Shown: positions 14,073 to 26,126 of the stretch, in pieces
Layout of the letters: the number at the start of each line of letters is the position of its first letter
Position numbering within the stretch: the stretch's first letter is position 1
Origin: Squalus acanthias
Taxonomy: Eukaryota
DNA length: 64,000 nucleotides
Direction of reading: 5' to 3'
Assembly (NCBI GenBank): GCA_030390025.1
Contig: JASTWF010000042.1
Coordinates: 434,001 to 498,000 of the forward strand
The notes under the pieces: model-generated
Databases searched by the model: none
The model's input: the letters and a program-made list of their open reading frames with translations, nothing else
What the model was told of the DNA's origin: nothing
Translations under genes and position numbers: made by a program

Positions 14073-15334
14073 AATTTAGTCCTATTTTTGCATTAGTTAA
14101 TTATTCCGCAAAAAATCAGCATCCCTTGCAACGAAATCTGTCAGTTCATTTACGATCCAGTTAGTGACACCGCCGTTCCCCACCAGAATGGATAATGCTG
14201 GGTAATTGCCCGTCAATCAGACCTGGACACCGCACTGCTGTGAGTGACTGGGATTGATTTTAGCCTCATCATTTGTATTGTTTAACTTTACTCCACACAC
14301 CGCATGTTGCTGGACACATAACCCCGCTTGAAGAGGAAGATTCTGCCTAGGTTTGCTCATCAGTCTGTGTGCTGTCGTGAGCAGAGTCTTTGCTTAAAAA
14401 TAATCTGTTGCTGTCGAGGCTCTGTGTAATTACATTCTGTTTCCTTCAGTGCACAGAGACAGTGTTTTGAAAGGTTCTGCTGAGTAAATAGACTGATTGC
14501 TGTAGAATCCTGTTTAAATAAACTCTCTTTACTGTTTGCTGCGTCATTGGAATTTGTTTGCCGTAAAATAGAGTCTTTGCTGTAATTCCTCCCATAAGTC
14601 CCGCCCGCCTGCAGCTCATTGGCTTACACAGCGGTGTCAGTGCTTCTGTTTTTTACTTAGTTGCTTTCTGCTCAATGCATTTATTGCTTGAACAAAATCG
14701 GAACTGACCATTGCTCCCGGAAGTGGGTGACCACATTGGGCGGAGTCTGAATGGCGATGCGCAAAACCAGCAGTAAACATGTTCCTCCAGCTCCCCATTT
14801 ACGGGGCCGAATTCAATCTCTCCTCTTTAAACTGCACGTGTACATACACGGACCCGTCTCCTGCCAGATGCCTCAAGGTTTGCACCGCCATTTCCCGCGG
14901 TTTGTGGAAGTCTCCTGATAATTGCAATGTTTACACTTTCCAATGAATGCTCAGTTCTGCTAAACACAAGCTGTGTGTAGATCAAGGGCGAGATGTGATT
15001 TTGAAAGAGACTCGGTTCTTTACAGAGCAGTTTTAAGGGTATTTCTTCAGCAGTAGTTTAACTCTTAATAATCGGATTGATATTTATTGAAAGTGTAACA
15101 TTTAAATACCTCCAACCTTTTGTGCATCAGCCTCACCGCCATAGGTCAGAGAATCAGAGAATCTTACAGCACAGAAAGAGGTCATTTAGCCTGTCGTGCC
15201 TGTGCCAGCTCTCTGAAAGAGCCAACAATTAGTCCCTCTAATCAGGAGCTTTCTCCACAGCCCTGCTCTGGGAAAGTGAAGACTAAGAGAAGACCTCATG
15301 GAGGCCTTTATCATTATGAATGGGTTAATCATAG

Positions 15335-15800
15335 AATCATAGATATGTAGAAAATTACTGCAGAGAAGGAGGCCATTCGGTCCATCGTGTCTGTGCAGGT
15401 TGAAAAAGAGCAATCCAACCTAATCCCATTTTCCAGCTCTTGGTCCGCCTTTCAGATCACGGCACTTCAAATGCATGTCCAAGTACTTTTTAAATGTTAT
15501 GAGCGTTTCTGCATCTACCACCCTTTCAGGTAGTGAGTTCCAGACTCCTACCATCCTCTGGGTGAAAAACGTTCTGCACAGGTCCCCTCTAATGCTTCTA
15601 CTTATTACTTTAAATCTATGTCCCCTGGTTATTTACCCCTCTGCTAACGGAAATAGGTTCTTCCTAACCAGTCTGTCTAGGCCCCTCATAATGTTATTCA
15701 CCTCAAATAAATATCCCCTCAGCCTCCTTTATTCCTATGAAAGAAAACCCAGCTCATCCAATCTTTCGTCATAGCTAAAATTCTGCAGTCCTGGCAGCAT
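15335..15800 (-). mobile_element. CR1 3' fragment whose 5' end runs into the 29-bp minisatellite
   Basis: VQRRFTRMLPGLQNFSYDERLDELG motif and a CR1-type tail. Confidence 0.75.
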
Positions 15801-16343
15801 CCTCGTAAATCTCCTCTGTACGTCAACATCCTCATAAATCTCCTCTGTACTGCAACATCCTCGTAAATTTCCTCTGTACAGCAACATCCTCATAAATCTC
15901 CCCTGTACGGCAACATCCTCATTAATCTCCTCTGTACGGCAAAAACCTCGTAAATCTCCTCTGTACAGCAAGATCCTCGTAAATCGCCTCTGTACAGCAA
16001 CTACCTCATAAATCTCCTCTGTACGGCAACATCCTGGTAAATCTCCTCTGTACGGCAACATCCTCATAAATCTCCCCTGTAGGGCACCATCCTCGTAAAT
16101 CTCCTCTGAACGGCAACATCCTCGTAAATCTCCTCTGAACGGCAACATACTCGTAAATCTCCACTGTACAGCAACATCCTCGTAAATATCCTCTGCACAG
16201 CAATATCTTCGTAAATCTCCTCTCTATGGCAGCATCCTCGTAAATATCCTCTGCACAGCAATATCTTCGTAAATCTCCTCTCTATGGCAACATCCTCGTA
16301 AATCTCCTTTGAACGGCAACTTCCTGGTAAATCTCCTCTGTAC
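15797..16343. repeat. 29-bp minisatellite, ~19 copies, derived from CR1 ORF2
   Basis: Unit CATCCTCGTAAATCTCCTCTGTACGGCAA, which encodes VQRRFTRML on the minus strand. Confidence 0.9.
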
Positions 16344-16344
16344 T

Positions 16345-17145
16345 CGAATCATACAATCTTACAACCCGACCGCGCCCATTCGGCCTATCGTGCCTGTGCC
16401 AGCTCTTTGGAAATACTGTACATTTAATCCCACACCCGATCTTTTCTTGCCCATAACCCTGCAAGTTAGGTCTCTAAAAATCCATGTCCGGTTTCCTTTT
16501 GAACTTGCTGTCGAATCTGATTCCACCACCTTATAGGCAGTGCGTTGCTGAACTTAGCAACCCTCTGTGTGCCAAAGTATTTTAAATCTCTGATCTTCTG
16601 TTAGCGTTCCATTTGCCACAGGAAATACGTCCTCCCTACTTTCAGTATTAAAACCCCTCAAAATCGTGAATGTTCTATTAAGCCTCCCCTTAACCTTCTC
16701 TGCTCAAAGGGAACAATCCCAGTTTCTATAATCTCTCCACAAAATGAAGTCCCTTATTTCTGTTATCATTCTGGTTAATCCCCGGTGCACTCTCTTCAAG
16801 GCTTTGACATTCTTCCTAAAATTTCGTGCCCAGAATTGACCACAATACTCCAGCTGATGCATAACTTCTATTTTATAAATTGGTAACATGAATGTCTTGT
16901 TTTTGTATTCTATTCTTCTATTAATAAAGCCAGGGATGTTTTAACAGCCTTCTGACCTCGTCCTGCCACCTTCAAATGTTTGTGTACTTACATTCCCAGG
17001 TAACATTGTTCCTGAAAACCCTTTAAATTGTTCCATTTAGTTCGAATTGCTTTTCCTCATTGTTGCAATTAAATATTTCAATTTACAATTCTGTGCGTTA
17101 AATTTGATCTGACATATGTCTGCCCATTTCACCAGTCTGTCTTCT
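16345..17145 (-). mobile_element. Old CR1 3' fragment
   Basis: QLEYCGQFW and ALKRVHR.LTRMI motifs. Confidence 0.7.
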
Positions 17146-17559
17146 TTATGGTGGGCTCTCTGCCCCAGTCAGGAAACGGTCCAGCTACCTCTTGAAGGCG
17201 ATCAGTGAGTCAGTAGCCAACACACAAGTCGGCAACGCATCACAAATGCGCACTGCTCTCTGGGAAATTTGAACCGCCCGACAGCCAGTCTATTTCTACA
17301 GCTGCTGAGTCTAAACGCATGTTTCTTGTTCCTCCCAATCCGTCGAACTGGAATACTCTGTAACTTGGCTCTCAATCCCTTCCTGTATTGGAAAAAAATT
17401 ACATGTTGGGTGCGCTCCTCCAAAAAAAAATACATTCTGTGTGGAGCGACTGGTTTGTCTCCAGATAAATAAAGTCTTGCCTGCCCTTGTGTCTAAAGGT
17501 GAGGCGAGTCCAAGAGGTTCTTTTCCGAATTTGACTGACAATTTACAATTTAAAGTTAT

Positions 17560-17619
17560 TGGAGATAACAGGGATCGAACCCGGAAGTTAATACATTCTA
17601 CTACTGAAGCTAATTTCCC
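17560..17619 (-). pseudogene. tRNA-Ala-like remnant lacking the anticodon loop
   Basis: TGGAGATAACAGGGATCGAACCCGG...ATACATTCTACTACTGAAGCTAATTTCCC aligns to the reverse complement of tRNA-Ala with ~13 nt missing. Confidence 0.55.
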
Positions 17620-18079
17620 ACTGACAGCGGTAGCAATTTAGAGGCAAGCGAGTGTGTATACTGTCTTGTCGAACCAAGCGAACCAGTTGCTCAGCGGTGC
17701 CGAGAGTTCAGAGTTTTCAACCTCGATTCAGTTCACGATACTTTTGATCCTCGTTACTTTGAACATTTAAAAAACAAGTCTGCGGCATAAATACCAAGGC
17801 CAAGCTTTAGTGATCAGGCTGAAATCCGATCTCTGAATCTGACCGAGTAATGGAAAACCACAGGGCGTGAAAGAGGATCAAGAGCTGTGACAGCTCGCTC
17901 TGCATTGTGACTTCACACAATCCGCTCAGTTGATGGCTGACGTGGGCTGCGCGGCTGAGGGGACCTTGGGATGAAGACCAGCTCCGGGCCAATTGAATGT
18001 TTGTAGATCCTGAGAGATTGGAACTCGCTGCCCTCATAAAGCAACATTCTTTTGACACCTCGGGTGAAAAAACATTGCG

Positions 18080-18138
18080 TGCAGATGCTGGCGACTGAAC
18101 CCAGGACCTCATGCGTTCTATCATTGAGCTACATTCTC
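18080..18138 (-). pseudogene. tRNA-Ala-like remnant lacking the anticodon loop
   Basis: TGCAGATGCTGGCGACTGAACCCAGGACCTCAT/GCGTTCTATCATTGAGCTACATTCTC; ~13-nt deletion at a CAT microhomology. Confidence 0.65.
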
Positions 18139-18903
18139 AACCGGCGCTTCATTGTAATAAACGAAAGAAAGACTGAGTGCCTCATCTTCCTCCTACCACC
18201 CAACGATTTATAGGATTTCCCGTATTCTCCCTTTTTGCTCCAAGTATGTACTGAAGTATGTGCTCCAGATACAGCTGCGGGCCAAGAGAAGAAAGCAGGC
18301 CTCGTCAGTCAGACAACTAAGAAAGGGCCAGTGAGATAAAAAACTTGGAGCACTGCATGGACGCTTCCTTCTTGAAGACTAAGAGGAGACCTCATGGAGG
18401 CCTTTAACATAATGAAGGGGTTACCATCATAGAATCATTGAATCTTACAGCGCAACCGGGGCCATTCGGCCTATCGTGCCTGTGCAGGTTCTTAGAAAGA
18501 GCCGTACAATTTAAGCACACAAGCCAGTTTCCTTCCCATAACCCTGCATGATTAGTTCTCTTCAAGTACATGTCCAATTGCCTTTTGAAGTTGCTGTCGA
18601 ATCTGATTCCACCACCGTTTTAGTCAGTGCGTTCCTGAAATTAGCAACCCTCTGTGTGACAATATATGTTAAACCTTTGGCCATTGTCAGCGACTGATTT
18701 GCCAGAGGGAATCGTTTCTCCCTACTTGCTCTATCAAACCCCTTCATGTTTTTGAATATCTCGATTAAGCCTCTATTTAATCTGCCCTGTTCTAAGGTGA
18801 ACAATCCCAGATTCTCCAATCTCTCCACATAACTGAAGGACATTATCCCATCAGTCACTTGGGATCCTGTGGAATAATGTAACTTACAAGGCCCACCTCG
18901 TTC

Positions 18904-18978
18904 ATCGGTTTGGCGCAATGGTTCAGCACTGTCGGATATTAACTGAAAAGTTGGTGGTTTGAGCCCACTCAGACGACA
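18904..18978 (+). pseudogene. Degenerate tRNA-Asn-body gene (anticodon position ATT)
   Basis: TGGCGCAATGGTTCAGCACTGTCGGATATTAACTGAAAAGTTGGTGGTTTGAGCCCACTCAG. Confidence 0.65.
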
Positions 18979-20663
18979 GAAACAACAAAACAAGTTTCAA
19001 TTTTTGATACCTTATCTGTTGGTTTTTGTGTTTAAAAGCGGTTTAGTGACTCGCACGGTTCTGGAACTTAGTTTTTTCCGTGTGGTTTTCAGTGTGTGAT
19101 CGCATAACGGTTTGAGACTGAAATGAAGTGTAATGTCTGATTCAAATTACTGCTTCATGTGTCGTTTTGCCAAATTGAACAAGTCGACACTGCGAACGGG
19201 ATTCAAATCGTCTTTTCTCTCGTGTGCTGCTTCTGTTTTCCTTTCAGCAGGCGCGTGCGATTCACAGAAAAAGCTGGAGATTAAATCTGCGGCTGCATTG
19301 TATTTCCTGCTGAGTGTCAACTGAGTTAAACATTGTTTGAAGTGGAAAAATTCATCAACTGTACGAAGGTAGAACATATAAATTCTTGCAGGGCTTGACA
19401 GGGCGGATGCCGAGAGCATTTTTCCCTTGGTTGTGGAGTCCAGTACTGGGGCTCACAGTTTCAGAATAAGGGGCCGGCCATATAGGACTGAGAGGAGGAG
19501 ACATTTCTTCATTCTAAGTGTGGTGAATCTTTGGAATTCTCTACCCCGGAAGGCTGCGGATGTTCAGTCGTTGAGTATACTCAAGATAGAGATCGACAGA
19601 TTTATGGATATTAATGGAATCGAGGGATATGGGGATTGTGCGGGAAAGCGGAGTTGATGTATAAGGTCAGCCTTATTGAATTGCGGAGCAGGCTTAAGAA
19701 CCAAATGGCTAAATCCTGCTCCTATTCCTTATGTTCTTATGCTGTGAACTTGGCCGGTGGGGTTGAGAACTGCGTCTGGTTTGGCTTATTTCATTAAACA
19801 GCATCGCAGTAGGAAGCAGCAAAAACTGGGAGATTGCTGCGCGGACTATGTATTTTTTCTTCACTTGGTTGTAAAATACATATTTTCGACGGTTCAAAAT
19901 GCTCTCGCGGTTTCAAGAGTTTTAAACAATTTAGGGTTTCTCTTTTGTTCGAGGCATTTCGTGATGTCCTCAACGAATACTAATACTAATGTCTTTGATT
20001 CCGTGAAATGAACAGTGGTGAGCATCCACTGCTGCTGCCTTCCTGCTTCCAATGGGAACAATCGATTCAGTGATCATGCAGTCTGGATATTCTACTTCCA
20101 TTTTACCAATGTTCCAAGTGCAGCGTTCTTGCAATGAATAGCCACCTGGAAAATCGCCCAGTGTAGATAATCCATTCTTAAACTATTTTCTACTCTTTCC
20201 TCAGTTTTACACTTTCATTGTTAAGATCGGAAAGCTTGAAACAATAACAATTGCCAGATGATTCCAGTTTACTTGCATCGCCCCGCACCCTGATCATGTG
20301 ACAACAACCAACCATTCACATACAGCGGCGCGAGAACGCTCACATTGACTGTGTCCAATCAAAGCCTGACGATTGAGCTGCTGCGTCACAATCGGCTGCA
20401 GTAGTTTGGAGGACTCGGTTGTGAGCGGATGACTTGTTACTGTCCCTGCGCCGCGGCCGAGAAGCGAGCAGTCCCCTGCAATCTCTTGTTTTCAGCCAAA
20501 TGCTAGAGGTATGAATGTCTAATCACAAAATCTTTGACGCGAGCTGATTTGTTTGCTGTGTTTGAATGCATTTTAGTGACTCGCACGGGACTTGTGGTTT
20601 TGTATTTCCGTGCGGTTTTCAGTCTGTGATCGCTTCACGTTTTGAGACTGAAATGAAGTGTAA

Positions 20664-21905
20664 TAAGAACATAAGAACATAAGAAATAGGAGCAGGAGTA
20701 GGCCAATCGGCCCCTCGAGCCTGCTGCGCCATTCAATAAGATCATGGCTGATCTGATCCTAACCGCCAATCTACTATCTATCACAGAACCATCTCCTGCA
20801 TCTAACAGAATTGCACACACAAAATAGGAGCAGAATCAGGCTACACGGTCCCTGGGCCCGCTCCACTACCCACAGGGCAATGACCGATCCGAACCTAGAC
20901 TCATGTCCAAATTCTTGCCGGCTCCCCGTAACCCTTAATGCCCTTTACTTCTAGGAAACTGTCTTTTTCTGTTTTAAATTTATTTAATGATGTCGCTTCT
21001 ACAGCTTTTTGTGGCAGCATATTCCATGGACCTACCACCCTCTGAGTGAAGTAGTTTCTCCTCATCTCAGTTTTGAAAGAGCAGACCCTTATTCTAAGAC
21101 TATGTCCCCTAGTTCTAGTCTCACCCGTCATCGGGAACATCCTCCCCGCATCCACCCGATCCAACCCCTTCACAATCTTATATGTTTCAATAAGATCGCC
21201 TCTCATTCTTCTGAACTCCAATGAGTAGAGTCCCAATCTACCCAACCTCTCCTCATATGACCACCCCCTCATCCCCGGGATTAACCAAGTGAACCTTTTT
21301 TGCACTGCCTCGAGAGCAAGGATGTCTTTCCTTAAGTAAGGACACCAAAACTGTATGCAGTATTCCAGGTGCGGTCTCACCAATACCTTGTACAACTGAA
21401 GCAATACCTCCCTATTTTTATATTCTGTCCCCGTAGCAATGAAAGCCAACATTCCATTTGCCTTCTTAATCACTTGCTGCACCTGCATACTAACCTTTTG
21501 AGTTTCGTGCAACAGGACCCCCAGATCCCTTTGCACTTCAGTACTCTCCAGTTTCTTGCCATTAAGATAATAAATTGCTCTAGGATTTTTCCTGCCAAAG
21601 TGCATCACCTCACACTTTCCAGTGTTGTATTCCATCTGCCAAATCTCTGCCCACTTACTTAGCCTGTCTATGTCCCCTTGCAGGTTTTTTATGTCCTCCT
21701 CACTCACTACTTTCCCTCCCATCTTTGTATCATCTGCAAATTTTGATATGTTACACTTGGACCCTTCCTCCAAATCGTTAATATAGATTGTAAAGAGTTG
21801 GGGACCCAGCACTGACCCCTGTGGAACACCACTAGTTACTGATTGCCAGTCTGAGAATGAACCATTTATCCCAACTCTTTGCTTTCTGTTAGATATCCAA
21901 TCCTC
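20664..21905 (-). mobile_element. Young 5'-truncated CR1 inserted in an array unit
   Basis: Uninterrupted ORF2 C-terminus (ORF 20901-21917: SGVPQGSVLGP, KFADDTK). It splits the unit sequence GAAGTGTAA|TGTCTGATTCAAATT. Confidence 0.9.
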
Positions 21906-22874
21906 TGTCTGATTCAAATTGCTGCTTCATATGGCGTTCGGCCAAATTGAGGCAATTCGACACTACGAACGGGTTTCAAATCGCCTTTTCTCTCGTGTTT
22001 TGCTTTTTTCCCTATATACGGCCGCGTGCGAGTCACAGAAAGTGTTTGAAGAAGAAATCTGCGGCTGCATTGTATTTACTGCTGCGTGTCCATCCAGTTG
22101 AAAATTGTTTTCTGTGGTGAAATGAAATCAGCGCACTGTAGGAAGGAAGAACATATAAATTATTTCAGGGATTCACTGGGCGAATGCTGAAAGGCTGTTT
22201 CCCTGCTGTGGAGTCCAGAACTAGGAGGTCAACGTTTCAGAATAAGGGGCCGGCCATTTAGGACTGAGATGAGGAGAAATGTATTCATTCTAAGGGATGT
22301 GAATCTTTGGAATTCTCTACCGCAGAGGGCTGTGGCTGTTCAGTCGTTGATTACATTCCTAACAGAGATGGATTGGACATGACGGGAATCAAGGGATATG
22401 GGGCTAAGTAGGGAAGTTTCAGTTGAGGTAGAGAGAATCAGCCATGATCTTATTGAATGACGGAGCAGGCTGGAGGGCCGCATGATCAAATGCTGCTCCT
22501 ATTTCTTTTGTTCTCATGTACCGATCTTAGCCGGCTGTGGCTCGTCTGGCTTAGTTCATTAAATAAGATTTGCAATATGAAGTAGAATAAACTGGTATAT
22601 GGCTACGCGGGCGGAGTGCATTTTCTTCAATGGGTTGCAAAATATATATTTTAAACGGTTAAAATTGCTTTCCCGGTTTCAAGAGTAATGTAGTGTTTTT
22701 CCTGAGGTCTAGGCATCTCCTGATGCCGTGATGTAATAAAGCGGTGAAGTACTTGTTTTACTTTCTGCTTCAATCGTTGTTTGATTGTAGCTTTGAATGT
22801 GTCTCGGCACAGGAACAAAAAGCCAGCGGTTAAAATGAATAAAAACGGGTCCTTTGAGACGATGTCATCATTTC

Positions 22875-22955
22875 CGTAGTCGACAAAATTCGAGCACGCA
22901 TGGGAAACCCCAATGGATTTCGAGTCCATCGCCTTAACCACTCAGCCACGACTAC
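22875..22955 (-). tRNA. tRNA-Ser(CGA), probable pseudogene (T-arm mutated)
   Basis: Reverse complement: GTAGTCGTGGCTGAGTGGTTAAGGCGATGGACTCGAAATCCATTGGGGTTTCCCATGCGTGCTCGAATTTTGTCGACTACG. Confidence 0.8.
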
Positions 22956-23083
22956 CTCGACGTCCGATTGGCCACACGCAGCTTCTGAATCGCTGCAAAA
23001 TCGGTGCCTCTGGTCTTAACGCTCTCGTACATAATCACTTTGGTTCTTCAGGAACAATTCGAATTGCAAAATATTTTTCAACT

Positions 23084-23152
23084 GTCTTTGTGGTGCAATG
23101 GGCCAGCGCGTTCGGCTTTTAACTGAAAGGTTGGTGATTCGAGCCCACCCAG
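23084..23152 (+). pseudogene. tRNA-Asn-body gene (anticodon position TTT) split by the ERV; last 5 nt GGACG at 26631-26635
   Basis: GTCTTTGTGGTGCAATGGGCCAGCGCGTTCGGCTTTTAACTGAAAGGTTGGTGATTCGAGCCCACCCAG is followed immediately by LTR sequence TGTTGG. Confidence 0.85.
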
Positions 23153-23628
23153 TGTTGGTGAAAAATGAATTCACTCGAGTCAGTCTCACAGCAGAAGATC
23201 ACCGTTTATTTAACAGAGCTCTATGGGAGAAGAGCCATCGACCCCGTGGTATAGTGATCCACTTCTCATCGTCACATTAGTATCGAAACTTCCTTCATAC
23301 ATTATAGGGTATCACCCATTCCCATCCCCCATCAACAAGTGCCTAATTATAATCTGCACTTTAAGCTATATCTTTACTTCCCTATCGAAACTATAAAAAT
23401 CGGAATGTTGTGTCACCTCTGTCTAGTCGGGCTGGCTGGTCACGCGGTGATTGGTTCTCAAGTGTAACTGTTGTACTATTATTATCTTATTGGGCCTCGG
23501 AAGTACGCATGTTGACCACAGACATTACTCATCGCACTTTGTTAGCGAAACCATTCTGTATTAAGCGAATTTACCTTTTATAGTACGTTCTTTAACTTTC
23601 TTTATGCCCTATAATTTTTACTCTAACA
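23153..23628 (-). repeat. 3' LTR (476 bp)
   Basis: TGTTGGTGAAAAATGAATTC...CTCTAACA; purine-rich AATAGGAGAGAC abuts it on the minus strand. Confidence 0.9.
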
Positions 23629-23639
23629 GTCTCTCCTAT

Positions 23640-24901
23640 TGGTCCTTGATCAATACTCCTTTTGTGACAGGGAACAGCATCATACGGATTTCTGGTAATG
23701 TAAGTAGATATGTTTACATTCCAGGGGCTCACATTCCGTTAGTCATTCTGTGGCATCCTTGTATAGGGACTCAATTCCACACATCTCTCTCTCCGGGTTT
23801 CACTTGATTAACCATCATGACACTTACAGCAGGCCGTGACATTTGAGCGCAACAACATTTTTACAACAGGGCCAGACCAAACATCACTAATATTATAACA
23901 ACCTTGTACTACTGATGTCCCGAGTGATCCCAACCATCCAGTTGCCCAGCCCCAAAGGGTGGATGCCGGAGGTTGTTTTCATTTCTTTACTTCTTCCTGT
24001 ATGTATTCTGCCAAGTTAGTTAATGCTTCCGAGTTATCTGGTTTGTAGGTACAACATTCTGTACCTATTAGGACAAAGTTTCCCCTTTTTCCGCCAACAC
24101 ATAATCAATGGTCGACCGATTTTGTAGAGCTACTATGCGGAGGGCTAACATCTCTGCATTAACTAGGGCTTCAGCTGTATCGTTGGCCACCTGCTGCAAG
24201 ACGGACGCCAGGTTAATGGATTCCATTGCCAATTTACCCGCTCCATTCTAGGGGCAACCAGGGATAGGCCCTATGAACGCTCACCAAATGAGTCCCGTTG
24301 TAGGGTGTATAATTAATTAACTTTTTGGGGTCCCATTGTACTGAAAAGTCACCGCTTTCGTTTAGTGACGGGAGTTTCACACAACCCGTTTCACCAGGCA
24401 AGGCAATGTTACATGTGCAGTTACTGTAGCCCACAATAGGATCCGGCGTTCGTCCCCTCTTTACGAGACATAGTCCCCCACTTTGTCCCTTCTTACTCCT
24501 CGTTCTCAGGAACGGTGGTAGATAGGAATCGTTATATGTTGACCGTGTCCACCCACTACAATATTCTGGGTTGTACCCATGACGTTTAGCTTTGCTATAG
24601 TGCTGCCGTCTGTCTTGGCTTCATAAGGTCCCACACTTATGCATCCTGCTCGAACTCCCAACATCCAAATGACCGTCTCATCATCACTAAGTGGGATTGG
24701 TTGTCGGGGGACTCATTCTTCCGAGTGCGTTGGTACATGGGCGCAGACCCAACAGCTGGCAACATCAACTCTCTTAGCATATGTGTATGACTTATATAAA
24801 AAGGTGTTCACCCGTAACCCTCTTTTGGCCCGTGGGGGTACTCTAGCCTGTGTCCTCCCGAGGCTACATATTATGAATATACAAACTAGCAAACTGCACA
24901 T
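23640..24901 (-). pseudogene. env: Gamma-type retroviral env, disrupted
   Basis: Signal peptide MCSLLVCIFIICSLG, NTFL...CWVC (CXXC), WLPLEWSG, heptad LASVLQQVANDTAEAL, immunosuppressive domain LQNRSTIDYVLAEKG, LIGTECCTY and a hydrophobic anchor. Several frameshifts and stops. Confidence 0.88.
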
Positions 24902-25027
24902 GATATTTGCATAACACGTTCATCTTATCACTTTATGTTAACAATGTCCCAAAGGCTATATCGCCAACCGATCCGCTTTATTGCTTGAAGATTATATTTT
25001 CCTGTGGGGGTGAATAGAATACTGTCA

Positions 25028-25306
25028 TTAGGCTGGTTCCCCGAAAATAATCATTTGGATTCCCTCCTCCTGCTCGACCGGTTGGAATCGATGGGATTGC
25101 TCCCATACATGCTTCAGGATACTTCCCAGGGTGTATCCCATTATGACAATGCATATTGTCCATACCAACGTTCGTACTAGCGCTTATTCCCATTCTTTGT
25201 ATTGTCTAGCGTATTCTTCACTTCCCACAAAACGTACTTGCTCTGGTGTAGCAATTTTTAAGCTGGTGAAGGGTCATAGACTTTTAGCTGTGTCCAGTGC
25301 TTCCAT
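25028..25306 (-). pseudogene. Candidate 92-aa single-pass membrane accessory ORF between pol and env (2 internal stops)
   Basis: MEALDTAKSL*PFTSLKIATPEQVRFVGSEEYARQYKEWE*ALVRTLVWTICIVIMGYTLGSILKHVWEQSHRFQPVEQEEGIQMIIFGEPA*; 93 codons from ATG to TAA. Confidence 0.4.
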
Positions 25307-25368
25307 CGTCCCATACCCTTCATATCAATGCAAGCACACGTATCTCCACTAATTAGAATCTGATATAG
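25259..25368 (-). pseudogene. pol: Integrase C-terminal remnant
   Basis: YQILISGDTCACIDMKGMGRWKHWTQLKVYDPSPA* resembles the GPY/F-to-WxH end of retroviral integrases. Confidence 0.7.
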
Positions 25369-26106
25369 TCAGATTCCTTTCACAGACACAAGGTGCGTGG
25401 GGCGTGGCCGGGCAGTGAACAGATCAAGCTGTCTGGGAATTGTTTACACTGCGAATCCGCACGAAGTGCAAGAGACAAAGCAAAAACTCACAAACACATT
25501 CAAATATGAATCCCCAGGGGCAAACAAGAGGCTGAGAATCTAAAAACGATTCATGACAATAAAACTTCGTTCACACAGTTTCATAGCCATTATCCCATCA
25601 AAAAAAACAATCAACCAGGTATCCACAGAACAGATTTAAAAGCAAGCCAACAGACCCAATAGGGTGGAGATTTGGCGCGTAGATAAGGCAGTGTTTAAAT
25701 CGGAAAGACCTTCAAGCGGTTAATTATTCACAACACACATATATATTTGCTGACTTCACGATCCCAGGGTGCTTTGGAGCCTCTACGCCTACTCGATCCT
25801 GGCCGTCACGTGGTACAACGTCCTATTAATTCAGGCTCAGGCTAGTGTTTGAGACAGGCACCCTCATTGTCCGTGTCGTTTCGTCACTCACTCATTCCTT
25901 TGCGACATTTATCGCTACACAGTGTTTCCTTTAGTACTTGCAAGCCAAACTCTCACAACTGTGTTCTCCTACCTCTCACAGACTTTACTTGAATCATGAT
26001 GCTATTGCACTGTCACTCCGACTTTCCAGGCGACTCAATTTCTGGACGTTCAAAATTGACTTCTCGTCTGGGTTCACTGGTGCGGGCAGTCTTTCAGTTA
26101 CGGAGC

Positions 26107-26124
26107 ATCCTACCGACTACGCCA
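26107..26124 (-). promoter_or_regulatory. Retroviral primer-binding site for tRNA-Ser
   Basis: Minus-strand TGGCGTAGTCGGTAGGAT lies 2 nt inside the 5' LTR. It is a 17/18 complement of the canonical tRNA-Ser 3' end ATCCTGCCGACTACG-CCA. Confidence 0.9.
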
Positions 26125-26126
26125 AT

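Noticed and set aside
15797-16343. CRISPR-like appearance of 29-bp repeats
   Set aside because: The repeats are contiguous with no spacers, there are no cas genes, and the unit derives from CR1.
22875-22955. CGA anticodon on the GTAGTCG (AGA/TGA-type) Ser body as a novelty
   Set aside because: Serine isoacceptor switching on this body is, to my knowledge, already seen in vertebrates, and serine charging does not depend on the anticodon.
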